64,000 bases of DNA, taken from Bugula neritina (lineage: Eukaryota; Animalia; Bryozoa). Position 1 is the first letter of the stretch. Each line of letters opens with the position of its first letter. The stretch spans positions 10,234,480-10,298,479 of the forward strand of contig OZ037771.1 of assembly GCA_964035545.1 (NCBI GenBank). The letters are read 5' to 3'. The notes under the pieces are model-generated. The model worked only from the letters and a program-made list of their open reading frames with translations, did not search any database and was not told where the DNA came from. A program made the translations under genes and the position numbers. This document shows, one piece after another, positions 29,501 to 46,800 of this stretch.

Positions 29501-32500
29501 ATACACTGCAACACATTGGAATATACTACAACACCCTGAAATATACTGCAACATACTGAAATAAACTGCAACATACTGCAACATACTGAAATACACTGTA
29601 ACATACTCCAACATACTGAAATACACTGTAACAAACTGAAATACACTGCAACACATTGAAATATACCGCAACGCACTGAAAGACACTAAAACTCACTGAA
29701 GTATAGTGTAATATACAGAAATGTACTGTAACATACTGACATTTACTGTAACACACTGAAATATACTGCAACATACTGAAATACACTGTAACATACCGAA
29801 ATAAACTGCAACATACTGCAACATACTGAAATACACTGTAACATACTAAAATACACTGCAAAATCCTGCAACATACTTCAACAGACTGAAATACACTGTA
29901 ACATAATGAAGTACAGTGCAACACATTGAAATATACTGCAACACACTGAAATATACTGCAACATACTGAAATGTACTTCAACATACTGAAAAACACTGCA
30001 ACATATCGAAGTATATCGTAATATACAGACATGTACTGTAACAGACTGAAACACACTGAAACATACTGAAACATACTTAAACATACTGAAAAAAACTGCA
30101 ACATACTGCAACATACTGAAGTACACTGTAACGTTTTGAAATACACTGCAACACATTGAAACATACCGCAACACACTGAAATATACTGCAACACATCCAA
30201 GTACATCGTAATATAGGGACATGTACTGTAACATACTGAAACATACTGAAACATACTGAAACAAAATGAAATATACTGTAACACACTGAGTAACACTGCA
30301 AAACGCTGAAATATACTGTAACACAGTGAAGTATACTGCAAAATTCTGAAATATACTGTAAGATACTGAAATATGCCTCAACATACTCAAATATACTGCA
30401 CAACACTGCAACATAAGTAAATACAATGTAGCATACTAAAATACACTGCAACATTCTGCAACATTCTGCAACATACTTCAACATACTGAAATACACTGTA
30501 ACAAACTGAAATACGCTGCAACACATTGGAATATACTGCAACATACCCAAATAAATGGTAACATACTGAAATATACTGAAATACATTGTAACACATTGAA
30601 AAATACTGCAACACACTGAAAGACACTACAACTCACTGAAGTATAGTGTAATATACGAAAATGTACTGTAACATACTGATATTTACTGCAACACACTGAA
30701 ATATACTGACATACTGAAATACACTGTTACATGCCAAAATAAACTGCAACATACTGCAACATACTGAAATACACTGTAACATACTCAAATACACTGCAAC
30801 ATTCTGCAACATATTGAAATATACTGCAACACACTGTAATATACTGCAACACATCCAAGTAGACTGTAATATACGGACATGTACTGTAACATACTGAAAC
30901 ATACTGAAACATACTGAAACAAAATGAAATATACTGTAACACTCTGAGTAATACTGCAAAATGCTGGAATATACTGTAACACAGTGAAGTATACTGCAAA
31001 ATTCTGAAACATACTGCAACATACTAAAATATGAGCAATATACTGAAAAATGCCTCAGCATACTCAAATATACTGCAAGATGCTGCAAAATACGTAGATA
31101 TACTGTAACATACTGAAATACACTGCAACATACTGCAGCATACTGAAGTACACTGTAAAATATTGAAATACACTGCAACACGTTGGAATATACTGCAACA
31201 CACTGAAATATACTGCAACATACTGAAATATACTGCAACATACTGCAACATACTGAAGTGCACTGTGACATACTGTAACTTACTGAAATACACTGCAACA
31301 AACTGTAACATACTGAAACACACTGAAACATACTGAAACATACTGAAACATACTGTAACATACTGAAACACACTGAAACATACTGAAACATACTGAAACA
31401 TACTGAAACATACTGAGATACACTGCAACATACTGCCACATACTGAAATACATTGTAACATGATGAAATACACTGCAACACATTGAAATATACTGCAACA
31501 AACTGAAATATACTGCAACATACTGAAACGTGCTGCAACATACTGAAATACATTGCAATATATCGAAGAATATCGTAATATACGGACATGTACTGTAACA
31601 TACTGAAACACACTGAAACATACTGAAACATACTGAAATGTACTGAAATATACTGAAATACACTGTAACACATTGAAAAATACGTCAACATACTGAAAGA
31701 CAGTACAACTCACAGAAGTATAGTGTAATATACGGAAATGTACTGTAACATACTGATATTTACTGCAACACACTGCGACATACTGCAACATACTGAAATA
31801 CACTGTAATATACTGCAACATACTGAAATACACTGCAACAAACTGCAACAAACTGAAATATACGGCAACAAACTGAAATATACTGCAACATACTGAAATG
31901 TACTGCAACATACTGAAATATACTGCAACACATCCAAGTACATCGTAATATACGGACATGTACTGTAACATACTGAAACATACTGAAACATACTGAAACA
32001 AAAACAAATATACTGTAACACACTGAGTAATACTGCAAAATGCTGAAATATACTGTAACACATTGAAGTATACTGCAAAATTCTGAAATATACTGTAAGA
32101 TACTGAAATATGCCCCAACATACTCAAATATACTGCAAGATACCGCAACATACTGAAAGACACTGTAACGTACCGAAATAAACTGCAACTTACTGCAACA
32201 TACTGAATTACACTGTAACATACTAAAATACGCTGCAACATTCTGCAACATACGTCAGCATACTGAAATAGACTGTAACATAATGAAATACACTGCAACA
32301 TACTGCAACATACTGAAGTACACTGTAAAATATTGAAATACACTGCAACAGATTGGAATATACTACAACACACTGGAATATACTGCAACATACTGAAATA
32401 TACTGCAACATACTGCAACATACTGAAATACACTGTAACATACTGCAACATACTGAAATACACCGTAACAAACTGAGATACACTGCAACACATTGAAATA

Positions 32501-35500
32501 TACCGCAACACACTGGAATATACTGCAACACATCCAAGTACATCGTAATATACGGACATGTACTGTAACATACTGAAACATACTGAAACATACTGAAACA
32601 AAATGAAATATACTGTAACACACTGAATAAATTTGCAAAATGCTGAAATATACTGTAACACAGTGAAGTAAACTGCAAAATTCTGAAACATACTGTAACA
32701 TACTAAAACATGAGCAATATACTGAAAAATGCCTCAACATATTCAAATATACTGCAAGATACTGCAACATACGTAAATACACTGTAACATACTGAAACAC
32801 ACTGCAACATACTGCAACATACTGAAGTACACTGTAAATTATTGAAATACACGACAACACACTGAAATGTACTGCAACACACTGAAATATACTGCAAAAC
32901 ACTGAAATATACTTCAACATACTGCAACATACTGAAAGACACTACAACTCACTGAAGTATAGTGCAATATACAGAAATGTACTGTAACATACTGATATTT
33001 ACTGTAACACACTGAAATATACTGCAACACACTGAATTACACTGTAACATACTAAAATACACTGCAACATACTAAAATACACTGCAACATTCTGCAACAT
33101 ACTTCAACATACTGAAATACACTCTAACATAATGAAATACACTGCAACACATTGAAATATACTGCAACAAACTGAAATATACTGCAACATACTGAAACGT
33201 ACTGCAACATACTGAAATATACTGCAACACATTGAAGTATACTGAAAATTTTGAAACATACTTTAACATACTAAAACAAGAGCAATATACTGAAAATAGC
33301 CTCAACATACTCAAATATACTGCAAGATACTGCAACATACGTAAATACACTGTAACATTCCGGAAAACAATGCAACATACTGCAACGTACTGAAGTACAC
33401 TGTAAATTATTGAAATACACTGCAACACATTGGAATATACTGCAGCACACTGAAATATACTGCAACATACTGCAACATACTGAAATACACTGTAACATAT
33501 TGCAACATACTGAAATACATTGCAACAAACTGCCACATACTGAACTACACTGTACATATTGAAAAACACTGCAAAACACTGAAATGTACTGCAACACACT
33601 GAAATTTGCTGCAAAATACTGAAATATACTTCAACATACTGCAACATACTGAAAGACACTACAACTCACTGAAGTATAGTGCGATATACAGAAATGTACT
33701 GTAACACACTGATATTTACTGTAACACACTGAAATATACTGCAACATACTGAAATACACTGTAACATACCGAAATAAGCTTCAACATACTGCAACATACT
33801 GAAATACACTGTAACATACTACAATAAACTGCAACATACTAAAATACACTGCAACATTCTGCAATATACTTCAACATACTGAAATACACTGTAACATAAT
33901 GAAATACACTGCAACACATTGAAATATACTGCAACAAACTGAAATATACTGCAACAAACTGAAATGTACTGCAACATACTGAAATATACTGCAACACATC
34001 CAAGTACATCGTAATATACGGACATGTACTGTAACATACTGAAACATACGGAAACATACTGAAACATACCGAAACAAAATTAAATATGCTGTAACACACC
34101 TAATAATACTGCAAAATGCTGAAATATACTGTAACACAGTGAAGTATACTGCAAAATTCCGAAACATACTGTATCATACTGAAACATGAGCACGATATTG
34201 GAAAATGCCTCAACATATTCAAATATACTGCAAGATTCTGTAACATACGTAAATACTTTGTAACATACTGAAATACACTGCAACATACTGCAACATACTG
34301 AAATACACTGTACATATTGAAAAACACTGCAACACACTGAAATATACTGCAACACACTGAAATATACTGCATAATACTGAAAAAGACTACAACTCACTGA
34401 AGTTTAGTGCAATATACAGAAATGTACTGTAACATACTGATATTTACTGTAACACACTGAAATATACTGCAACATACTGAAATACACTGTAACATACCGA
34501 AATAAACTGCAACATACCGCAACATACTGAAATACACTGTAACATACTAAAATACACTGCAAAATTCTGCAACATACTTCAACAGACTGAAATACACTGC
34601 AACAGATTGAAACATACTGCAACAAACTGAAATACACTGCAACATACTGAGATTTACTGCAACATACTGAAATACCCTGCAACATATCAAAGTATATTGT
34701 AATATACGGACATGTACTGTAACATACTGAAACACACTGAAACATAATGAAACATACTGAAATACACTGCAACACATTGGAATATACTGCAACATACCCT
34801 AATATATTGTAATATACTGAAATATACTGAAATACACTGTAAAACATTGAAAAATACTGCAACATACTAAAATACACTGCAAAATTCAGCAACATACTTC
34901 AACATACTGAAATACACTGCAACATACTGCAACATACTGAAGTACACTGTAATATATTGAAGTACACTGCAACACATTGGAATATACTGCAACACACTGA
35001 AATATGCTAAAACATACTGAAATATATTGCAACATACTGCAACATACTGAAATATACTGTAACAAACTGAAGTACACTGCAACACATTGGAATATACTGC
35101 AACATACCCAAATATATTGTAATATACTTAAATATACTGCAACATACCGCAAAATACTGAAATACATTGTAACAAACTGAAATACACTGCAACACATTGG
35201 TATATACTGCAACATACCCAAATATATGGTAATATACTGAAATATACTGAGACACACTCAAACACATTGAAAAATACTGCAACATACTGAAAGACACTAC
35301 AACTCACTGAAGTATAGTGTTATATACGGAAATAGAATGTAACATACTGATATTTACTGTAACACGCTGAAATATCCTGCAACATACTGAAATACACTAA
35401 CGTACCGAACTAAACTGCAACATACTGAAATACACTGTAACATACTAAAGTACACTGCAACATTCTGCAACATACTTCAGCATACTGAAATAGACTGTAA

Positions 35501-36260
35501 CATAATGAAATACACTGCAACATACTGCAACATACTGAAGTACACTGTGAAATAATGAAATACACTGCAACACATTGGAATATACTACAACACCCTGAAA
35601 TATACTGCAACATACTGAAATAAACTGCAACATACTGCAACATACTGAAATACACTGTAACATACTGCAACATACTGAAATACACTGTAACAAACTGAAA
35701 TACACTGCAACACATTGAAGTATACTGCAACAAACTGAAATATACTGCAACATACTAAAACGTACTGCAACATACTGAAATACATTGCAATATATCGAAG
35801 TATATCGTAATATACAGACATGTACTGTAACATACTGAAACATACTGAAACATACTGAAACATACAGCAACATACTGAAATACACTGTTACATACTAAAA
35901 TACACTGCAACATACTAAAGTACACTGCAACATTCTGCAAAATTCTGCAACATACTTCAACATACTGAATTACACTGTAACATAATGAAACACACTGCAA
36001 CACATTGAAATATGCTGCAACACACTGAAATAATATACTGCAACATACTGAAATGTACTTGAACATACTGAGAAACACTGCAACATATCGAAGTATATCG
36101 TAATATACAGACATGTACTGTAACATACTGAAACACACTGAAACATACTGAAACATACTGAAACATACTGAAATACACAGGAACATCCTGCAACAAACTG
36201 AAGTACACTGTAACATATTGGAATGCACTGCAACACATTGAAATGTACTGCAACATACTG

Positions 36261-37814
36261 AAATACACTGCAACATTCTGCAACATACTTAAACATACTG
36301 AAATGCACTGTAACATGATGAAATACACCGCAACAAACTGAAATCTACTGCAACGTACTGAAATGTACTGCAACACACTGAAATACACTATAACATACTA
36401 AAATACACTGCAACATTCTGCAACATTCTTCAACATCCTGAAATACACTGTTACATAATGAAATACACTGCAACACATTGAAATATACCGCAAAACACTG
36501 GAATATACTGCAACACATCCAAGTACATTGTAATATTCGGACATGTACTGTAACATACTGAAACATACTGAAACATACTGAAACAAAATGAAATATGCTG
36601 TAACACACTGAGTAATACTGCAAAATGGTGAAATATACTGTAACACAGTGAAGTATAATGCAAAATTCTGAAATATACTGTAAGATACTGATATATGCCT
36701 CAACATGCTCAAATATACTGCAAGATACTGCAGCATACGTAAACACACTGTAACATACTGAAATACACTGCAACATACTGCAACATACTGAAGTACACTG
36801 TAAAATATTGAAATACACTGCAACACATTGGAATACACTGCAACACACTGAAATATACTGTAACATACCGAAATACACTGCGACAAACCGCAACATACTG
36901 AAGTACACTGTAACATACCGAAATAAACTGCAACATAATGCAACATACTGAATTACACTGTAACATACTAAAATACACTGCAACATTCTGCAACATACTT
37001 CAACATACTGAAATAGACTGCAACATAATGAAATACACTGCAACATTCTGCAACATACTTAAACATACTGAAATGCACTGTAACATGATGAAATACACCG
37101 CAACAAACTGAAATCTACTGCAACGTACTGAAATGTACTGCAACACACTGAAATACACTATAACATACTAAAATACACTGCAACATTCTGCAACATTCTT
37201 CAACATACTGAAATACACTGTTACATAATGAAATACACTGCAACACATTGAAATATACCGCAAAACACTGGAATATACTGCAACACATCCAAGTACATTG
37301 TAATATTCGGACATGTACTGTAACATACTGAAACATACTGAAACATACTGAAACAAAATGAAATATGCTGTAACACACTGAGTAATACTGCAAAATGGTG
37401 AAATATACTGTAACACAGTGAAGTATAATGCAAAATTCTGAAATATACTGTAAGATACTGATATATGCCTCAACATGCTCAAATATACTGCAAGATACTG
37501 CAGCATACGTAAACACACTGTAACATACTGAAATACACTGCAACATACTGCAACATACTGAAGTACACTGTAAAATATTGAAATACACTGCAACACATTG
37601 GAATACACTGCAACACACTGAAATATACTGTAACATACCGAAATACACTGCGACAAACCGCAACATACTGAAGTACACTGTAACATACCGAAATAAACTG
37701 CAACATAATGCAACATACTGAATTACACTGTAACATACTAAAATACACTGCAACATTCTGCAACATACTTCAACATACTGAAATAGACTGTAACATAATG
37801 AAATACACTGCAAC
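36261..37814 (+). repeat. 770-bp tandem duplication within the satellite
   Basis: Near-identical ORFs offset by 770 (36398/37168, 36451/37221, 36709/37479). The paralogous region at ~43.35-44.18 kb has only one copy. Confidence 0.88.
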
Positions 37815-40800
37815 ACACTGCAACATGCTGAAGTACGCTGTAAAATATTGTAATACACTGCAACACATTGGAGTATACTGCAACACACTGAAATATACTG
37901 CAACATACTGAAATATACTGCAACATACTGCAACATACTGAAATATGCTGTAACAAACTAAAATACGCCGCAACACATTGGAATATACTGCAACATACCC
38001 AAATATATGGTAATATACTGAAATATACTGCAACACACCGCCACATACTGAAAAACACTGTAACAAACTGAAATGCGCTGCAACACATTGGAATATACTG
38101 CAACATACCCAAATAACTGGTGTTATACTGAAATATACTGAAATACACTGTAACACATTGAAAAATACGTCAACATACTGAAAGACACTACAACTCACTG
38201 AAGTATAGTGTAATATACGGAAATGTACTGTAACATACTGATATTTACTGCAACACACTGCGACATACTGCAACATACTGAAATACACTGTAATATACTG
38301 CAACATACTGGAATACACTGCAACAAACTGCAACAAACTGAAATATATGGCAACAAACTGAAAAATACTGCAACATACTGAAATGTACTGCAACAAACTG
38401 AAATATACTGCAACACATCCAAGTACATCGTAATATACGGACATGTACTGTAACATACTGAAACATACTGAAACATACTGAAACAAAATGAAATATACTG
38501 TAACACACTAAGTAATACTGCAAAATGCTGAAATATACTGTAACACAGTGAGGTATACTGCAAAATTCTGAAATATACTGTAAGATACTGAAATATGCCC
38601 CAACATACTCAAATATACTGCAAGATACTGCAACATACTGAAAGACACTGTAACGTACCGAAATAAACTGCAACTTACTTCAACATACTGAATTACACTG
38701 TAACATACTAAAATACGCTGAAACATTCTGCAACATACTTCAACATACTGAAATAGACTGTAACATAATGAAAGACACTGCAACATACTGCAACATACTG
38801 AAGTACACTGTAAAATATTGAAATACACTGGAACACATTGAAATATACCGCAACACACTGGAATATACTGCAACACATCCAAGTACATCGTAATATACGG
38901 ACATGTACTTTAACATAGTGAAACATACTGAAGCATACTGAAACATACTGAAACAAAATTAATTATACTGTAACACCCCTAATAATACTGCAAAATGCTG
39001 AAGTATACTGTAACACAGTGAAGTATACGGCAAAATTCTGAAACATACTGTACCATACTGAAACATGAGCAATATACTGAAAAATGCCTCAACATATTCA
39101 AATATACTGCAAGATACTGCAACATACGTAAATACACTCTAACATACTGAAATACACTGCAACATACTGCAACATACTGAAATACACTGTAACATACTGT
39201 AACATACTGAAATACACTGCAACAAACTGCAACATACTGAAGTACACTGTACATATTGAAAAACACTGCAACAAACTGAAATATACTGCAACACACTGAA
39301 ATATACTGCAAATTACTGAAAAACACTACAACTCACTGAAGTATAATGCAATATACAGAAATATACTGCAACATGCTGAAATACACTGTAACATACCGAA
39401 ATATGCTGCAACATACTGCAACATACTGAAATACACTGTTTCATACTAAAATACACTGCAACATACTAAAATAAACTGCAACATTCTGCAACTTTCTGCA
39501 ACATACTTCAACATACTGAAATACACTGCAACACATTGAAATATACTGCAGCAAACTGAAATATACTGCAACATATTGCAACATACTGAAATACACTGGA
39601 ACATAATGAAATACACTGCAACACATTGAAATATACCGCAACACACTGGAATATACTGCAACATACCCTAACATATTGTAATATACTGAAATATACTGAA
39701 ATACACTGCAACACATTGAAAAATACTGCAACATACTGAAAGACACTACAACTCACTGAAGTATAGTGTAATATACGGAAATGTACTGTAACATACTGAC
39801 ATTTACTGTAACACACTGAAATATACTGCAACATACTGAAATATACTGCAACATACTGAAATACACTGTAACATACCGAAATAAACTGCAACATATTGCA
39901 ACATACTGAAATACACTGTAACATACTCAAATACACTGCAACATTCTGCAACATATTGAAATATACTGCAACACACTGAAATATACTGCAACACATCCAA
40001 GTAGACTGTAATATACGGACATGTACTGTAACATACTGAAACATACTGAAACATACTGAAAAAAATGAAATATACTGTAACACTCTGAGTAATACTGCAA
40101 AATGCTGAAATATACTGTAACACAGTGAAGTATACTGCAAAATTCTGAAACATACTGCAACATACTAAAACATGAGCAATATACTGAAAAATGCCTCAGC
40201 ATACTCAAATATACTGCAAGATGCTGCAACATACGTAAATACACTGTAACATACTGAAATACACTGCAACATACTGCAGCATACTGAAGTGCACTGTAAA
40301 ATATTGAAATACACTGCAACACATTGGAATATACTGCAACACACTGAAATATACTGCAACATACTGAAACATACTGTAACATACTGAAACACACTGAAAC
40401 ATACTGAAACATACTGAGACATACTGAAATACACTGCAAGAAACTGCAACATACGTAAATACACTGTAACATACTGAAATACACTGAAACATACTGCAAC
40501 ATACTGAAGTACACTGTAAAATAGTCAAATACACTGCAACACATTGAAATACACTGCAACACACTGAAATATACTGCAACATACTGAAATGTACTTCAAC
40601 ATACCGAAAAACACTGCAACATATCAAAGTATATCGTAATATACAGACAGGTACTGTAACATACTGAAACATACTGAAACATACTGAAACATACTGAAAC
40701 ATACTGAAACATACTGAAATACACTGTAACAAACTGAAATACACTGCAACAAGTTGGAATATACTGCAACATACCCAAGTATATGGTAATATAATGAAAT

Positions 40801-43800
40801 ATACTGCAACATACCGCAACATACTGAAAAACACTGTAACAAACTGAAATACGCTGCAACACATTGGAATATACTGCAACATACCCAAATAAATGGTAAT
40901 ATACTGAAATACACTGCAACACATTGAAAAATACTGCAACATACTGAAACACACTACAACTCACTGAAGTATAGTGTAACTTACCGAAATGTACTGTAAC
41001 ATACTGATATTTACTGGAACACTCTGAATTATACTGCAACATACTGAAATACACTGTTACATACTAAAATACACTGCAACATACTAAAATACACTGCAAC
41101 ATTCTGCAACATTCTGCAACATACTTCAACATACTGAAATACACTGTAACAAACTGAAATACGCTGCAACACATTGGAATATACTGCAACATACCCAAAT
41201 AAATGGTAATATACTGAAATATACTGAAATACACTGTAACACATTGAAAGATACTGCAACACACTGAAAGACACTACAACTCACTGAAGTGTAGTGTAAT
41301 ATACGAAAATGTACTGTAACATACTGATATTTACTGCAACACACTAAATATACTGCAACATACTGAAATACACTGTAACTTGCCAAAATAAACTGCAACT
41401 TACTGCAACATACTGAAATACACTGTAACATACTCAAATGCACTGCAACATTCTGCAACATACTGAAATATACTGCAACACACTGAAATATACTGCAACA
41501 CATCCAAGTAGACTGTAATATACGGACATGTACTGTAACATACTGAAACATACTTCAACATACTCCAATACACTGTAACATAATGAAATACACTGCAACA
41601 CATTGAAATATACCGCAACACACTGGAATATACTGCAACACATCCAAGTACATCGTAATATACGGACATGTACTGTAACATACTGAAGCATACTGAGACA
41701 TACTGAAACAAAATGAAATATACTGTAACACACTTAATATTACTGCAAAATGCTGAAATATGCTGTAACACAGTGAAGTATTCTGCAAAATTCTGAAACA
41801 TACTGTAACATACTGAAACATGAGCAATATACTGAAAAATGCCTCAACATATTCAAATATACTGCAAGATACTGCAACATACGTAAATACACTGTGACAT
41901 ACTGAAATACACTGCAACATACTGCAACATACAGAAGTACACTGTAAAATATTGAAATACATTACAACACATTGGAATATACTGCAACACACTGAAATAT
42001 ACTGCAACATACTGAAATATACTGCAACATACTGCAACATACTGAAATACACTGTAACATACTGTAACATACGGAAATACACTGCAACATATCAAAGTAT
42101 ATCGTAATATACGGACATGTACTGTAACATACTGAAACACATTGAAACATACTGAAACATACTGAAACATACTGCAACATACTGCAACATACTGAAATAC
42201 ACTGTAACAAACTGAAATACACTGCAACACAATGGAATATACTGCAACATACCCTAATTTATTGTAATATACTGAAATGTACTGCAACGTACCGCAACAT
42301 ACTGAAATACACTGTAACAAACTGTAATACACTGCAACACATCGGTATATACTGCAACATACCCAAATATATGGTAATATACTGGAATATACTGAAATAC
42401 ACTGCAACGCATTGAAAAATACTGAAGTATAGTGTAATATACGGAAATGAACTGTAACGTACCGATATTTACTGCAACACACTGAAATATACTGCAACAT
42501 ACTGAAATACACTGTAACATACCAAAATAAACTGCAACATACCGCAACATACTGAAATACACTGTAACATACTAAAATACACTGCAAAACTCTGCAACAT
42601 ACATCAACGTACTGAAATACACTGTAACATAACGAAATACACTGCAACACATTGAAATATACTGCAACACACTGAAATATACTGCAAAATACTGAAATGT
42701 ACTTCAACATACTGAAAAACACTGCAACATATCGAAGTATATCGTAATATACGGACATGTACTGTAACATACTGAAACACACTGAAACAGACTGAAACAT
42801 ACTGAAACATACTGAACTACACTGCAACATACTGCAACATACTGAAGTACACTGTAACAAACTGAAATACACTGCAACACAATGGAATATACTGCAACAT
42901 ACCCTAATTTATTGTAATATGCTGAAATATACTGCAACATACAGCAACATACTGAAATACACTGTTACATACTAAAATACACTGCAACATATTAAAGTAC
43001 ACTGCAACATTCTGCAAAACTCTGCAACACACTTCAACATACTGAAATACACTGTAACATAATGAAACACACTGCAACACATTGAAATATGCTGCAACAC
43101 ACTGAAATAATATACTGCAACATACTGAAATGTACTTCAACATACTGAGAAACACTGCAACATATCGAAGTATATCGTAATATACAGACATGTACTGTAA
43201 CATACTGAAACATACTGAAACATACTGAAACATACTGAAACATACTGAAACACACTGAAGTACACAGGAACATCCTGCAACAAACTGAAGTACACTGTAA
43301 CATATTGGAATGCACTGCAACACATTGAAACGTACTGCAACATACTGAAATACACTGCAACATTCTGCAACATACTTAAACATACTGAAATGCACTGTAA
43401 CATGATGAAATACACCGCAACAAACTGAAATCTACTGCAACGTACTGAAATGTACTGCAACATACTGAAATACACTGTAACGTACCAAAATAAACTGCAA
43501 CACACTGCAACACACTGAAATGCACTAAAACATACTAAAATACACTGCAACATTCTGCAACATTCTTCAACATACTGAAATACACTGTTACATAATGAAA
43601 TACACTGCAACACATTGAAATATACCGCAAAACACTGGAATATACTGCAACACATCCAAGTACATTGTAATATTCGGACATGTACTGTAACATACTGAAA
43701 CATACTGAAACATACTGAAACAAAATGAAATATGCTGTAACACACTGAGTAATACTGAAAAATGCTGAAATATACTGTAACACAGTGAAGTACAATGCAA

Positions 43801-46800
43801 AATTCTGAAATATACTGTAAGATACTGAAATATGCCTCAACATGCTCAAATATACTGCAAGATACTGCAACATACGTAAATACACTGTAACATACTGAAA
43901 TACACTGAAACATACTGCAACATACTGAAGTACACTGTAAATTATTGAAATACACTGCAACACATTGGAATACACTGCAACACACTGAAATATACTGTAA
44001 CATACCGAAATACACTGCAACAAACCGCAACATACTGAAGTACACTGTAACATACCGAAATAAACTGCAACATAATGCAACATACTGAATTACACTGTAA
44101 CATACTAAAATACACTGCAACATTCTGCAACATACTTCAACATACCGAAATAGACTGTAACATAATGAAATACACTGCAACACACTGCAACATACTGAAG
44201 TACGCTGTAAAATATTGAAATACACTGCAACACATTGGAATATACTGCAACACACTGAAATATACTGCAACATACTGAAATATACTGCAACATACTGCAA
44301 CATACTGAAATATGCTGTAACAAACTAAAATACGCTGCAACACATTGGAATATACTGCAACATACCCAAATATATGGTAATATACTGAAATATACTGCAA
44401 CACACCGCCACATACTGAAAAACACTGTAACAAACTGAAATGCGCTGCAACACATTGGAATATACTGCAACATACCCAAATAACTGGTGTTATACTGAGA
44501 TATACTGAAATACACTGTAACACATTGAAAAATACGTCAACATACTGAAAGACACTACAACTCACTGAAGTATAGTGTAATATACGGAAATGTACTGTAA
44601 CATACTGATATTTACTGCAACACACTGCGACATACTGCAACATACTGAAATACACTGTAATATACTGCAACATACTGAAATACACTGCAACAAACTGCAA
44701 CAAACTGAAATATACGGCAACAAACTGAAAAATACTGCAACATACTGAAATGTACTGCAACAAACTGAAATATACTGCTAAACATCCAAGTACATCGTAA
44801 AATACGGACATGTACTGTAACATACTGAAACATACTGAAACATACTGAAACAAAATGAAATATACTGTAACACGCTGAGTAATACTGCAAAATGCTGAAA
44901 TATACTGTAACACAGTGAAGTATACTGCAAAATTCTGAAATATGCTGTAAGATACTGAAATATGCCCCTACATACTCAAACATACTGCAAGATACTGCAA
45001 CATACTGAAAGACACCGTAACGTACCGAAATAAACTGCAACTTACTGCAACATACTGAATTACACTGTAACATACTAAAATACGCTGAAACATTCTGCAA
45101 CATACTTCAACATACTGAAATAGACTGTAACATAATGAAATACACTGCAACACACTGCAACATACTGAAGTACACTGTAAAATATTAAAATACACTGCAA
45201 CAGATTGGAATATACTATAACACACTGAAATAAACTGCAACATACTGAAATATACTGCACTATACTGCAACATACTGAAATACACTGTAACATACTGCAA
45301 CATACTGAAATACACCGTAACAAACTGAAATACACTGCAACACATTGAAATATACCACAACACACTGGAATATACTGCAACACATCCAAGTACATCGTAA
45401 TATACGGACATGTACTGTAACATACTGAAACATACTGAAACATACTGAAACAAAATGAAATATACTGTAACACACTGAATAATTTTGCAAAATGCTGAAA
45501 TATACTGTAACACAGTGAAGTAAACTGCAAAATTCTAAAACATGCTGTAACATACTAAAACATGAGCAATATACTGAAAAACGCCTCAACATATTCAAAT
45601 ATACTGCAAGATACTGCAACATACGTAAATACACTGTAACATACTGAAATACACTGCAACATACTGCAACATACTGAAGTACACTGTAAATTATTGAAAT
45701 CCACTGCAACACATTGGAATATACTACAGCACACTCAAATATACTGCAACATACTGAAATATACTTCAACATACTGCTACATAATGAAATACACTGTAAC
45801 AGACTGTCACATACTGAAATACACTGCAACAAACTGCAACATACTGAAGTACACTGTACATATTGAAAAACACTGCAACACACTGAAATGTACTGCAACA
45901 CACTGAAATATACTGCAAAATACTTAAATATACTTCAACATACTGCAACATACTGAAAGACACTACAACTCACTGAAATATAATGCAATATACAGAAATG
46001 TACTGTAACATACTGATATTTACTGTAACACACTGAAATATACTGCAACACACTGAATTACACTGTAACATACTAAAATACACTGCAGCATACTAAAATA
46101 CACTGCAACATTCTGCAACATACTTCAACATACTGAAATACACTGTAATATAATGAAATACACTGCAACACATTGAAATATACTGCAACAAACTGAAATA
46201 TACTGCAACATACTGAAACGTACTGCAACATACTGAAATATACTGCAACACATCCAAGTACATCGTAATATACGGACATGTACTGTAACATACTGAAACA
46301 TACTGAAATATACTGAAACATACTGCAACATACTGAAATATACTGTAACAAACTGAAATACACTGCAACACATTGGAATATACTGCAACATACCCTAATA
46401 TATTGTAATATACTTGAATGTACTGCAACATACCGCAACATACTGAAATACATTGTAAAAAACAGAAATACACTGCAACACATTGGTATATACTGCAACA
46501 TACCCAAATACATGATGATATACTGAAAAATACTGAAATACACTCTAACACATTGAAAAATACTGCAACATACTGAGAGACACTACAACTCACTGAAGTA
46601 TAGTGTTATATACGGAAATGTAATGTAACATACTGATATTTGCTGTAACACGCTGAAATATACTGCAACATACTGAAATACACTGTAACGTACCGAAATA
46701 AACTGCAACATACTGCAACATACTGAATTACACTGTAACATACTAAAATACACTGCAACATTCTGCAACATACTTCAACATACTGAAATAGACTGTAAAA

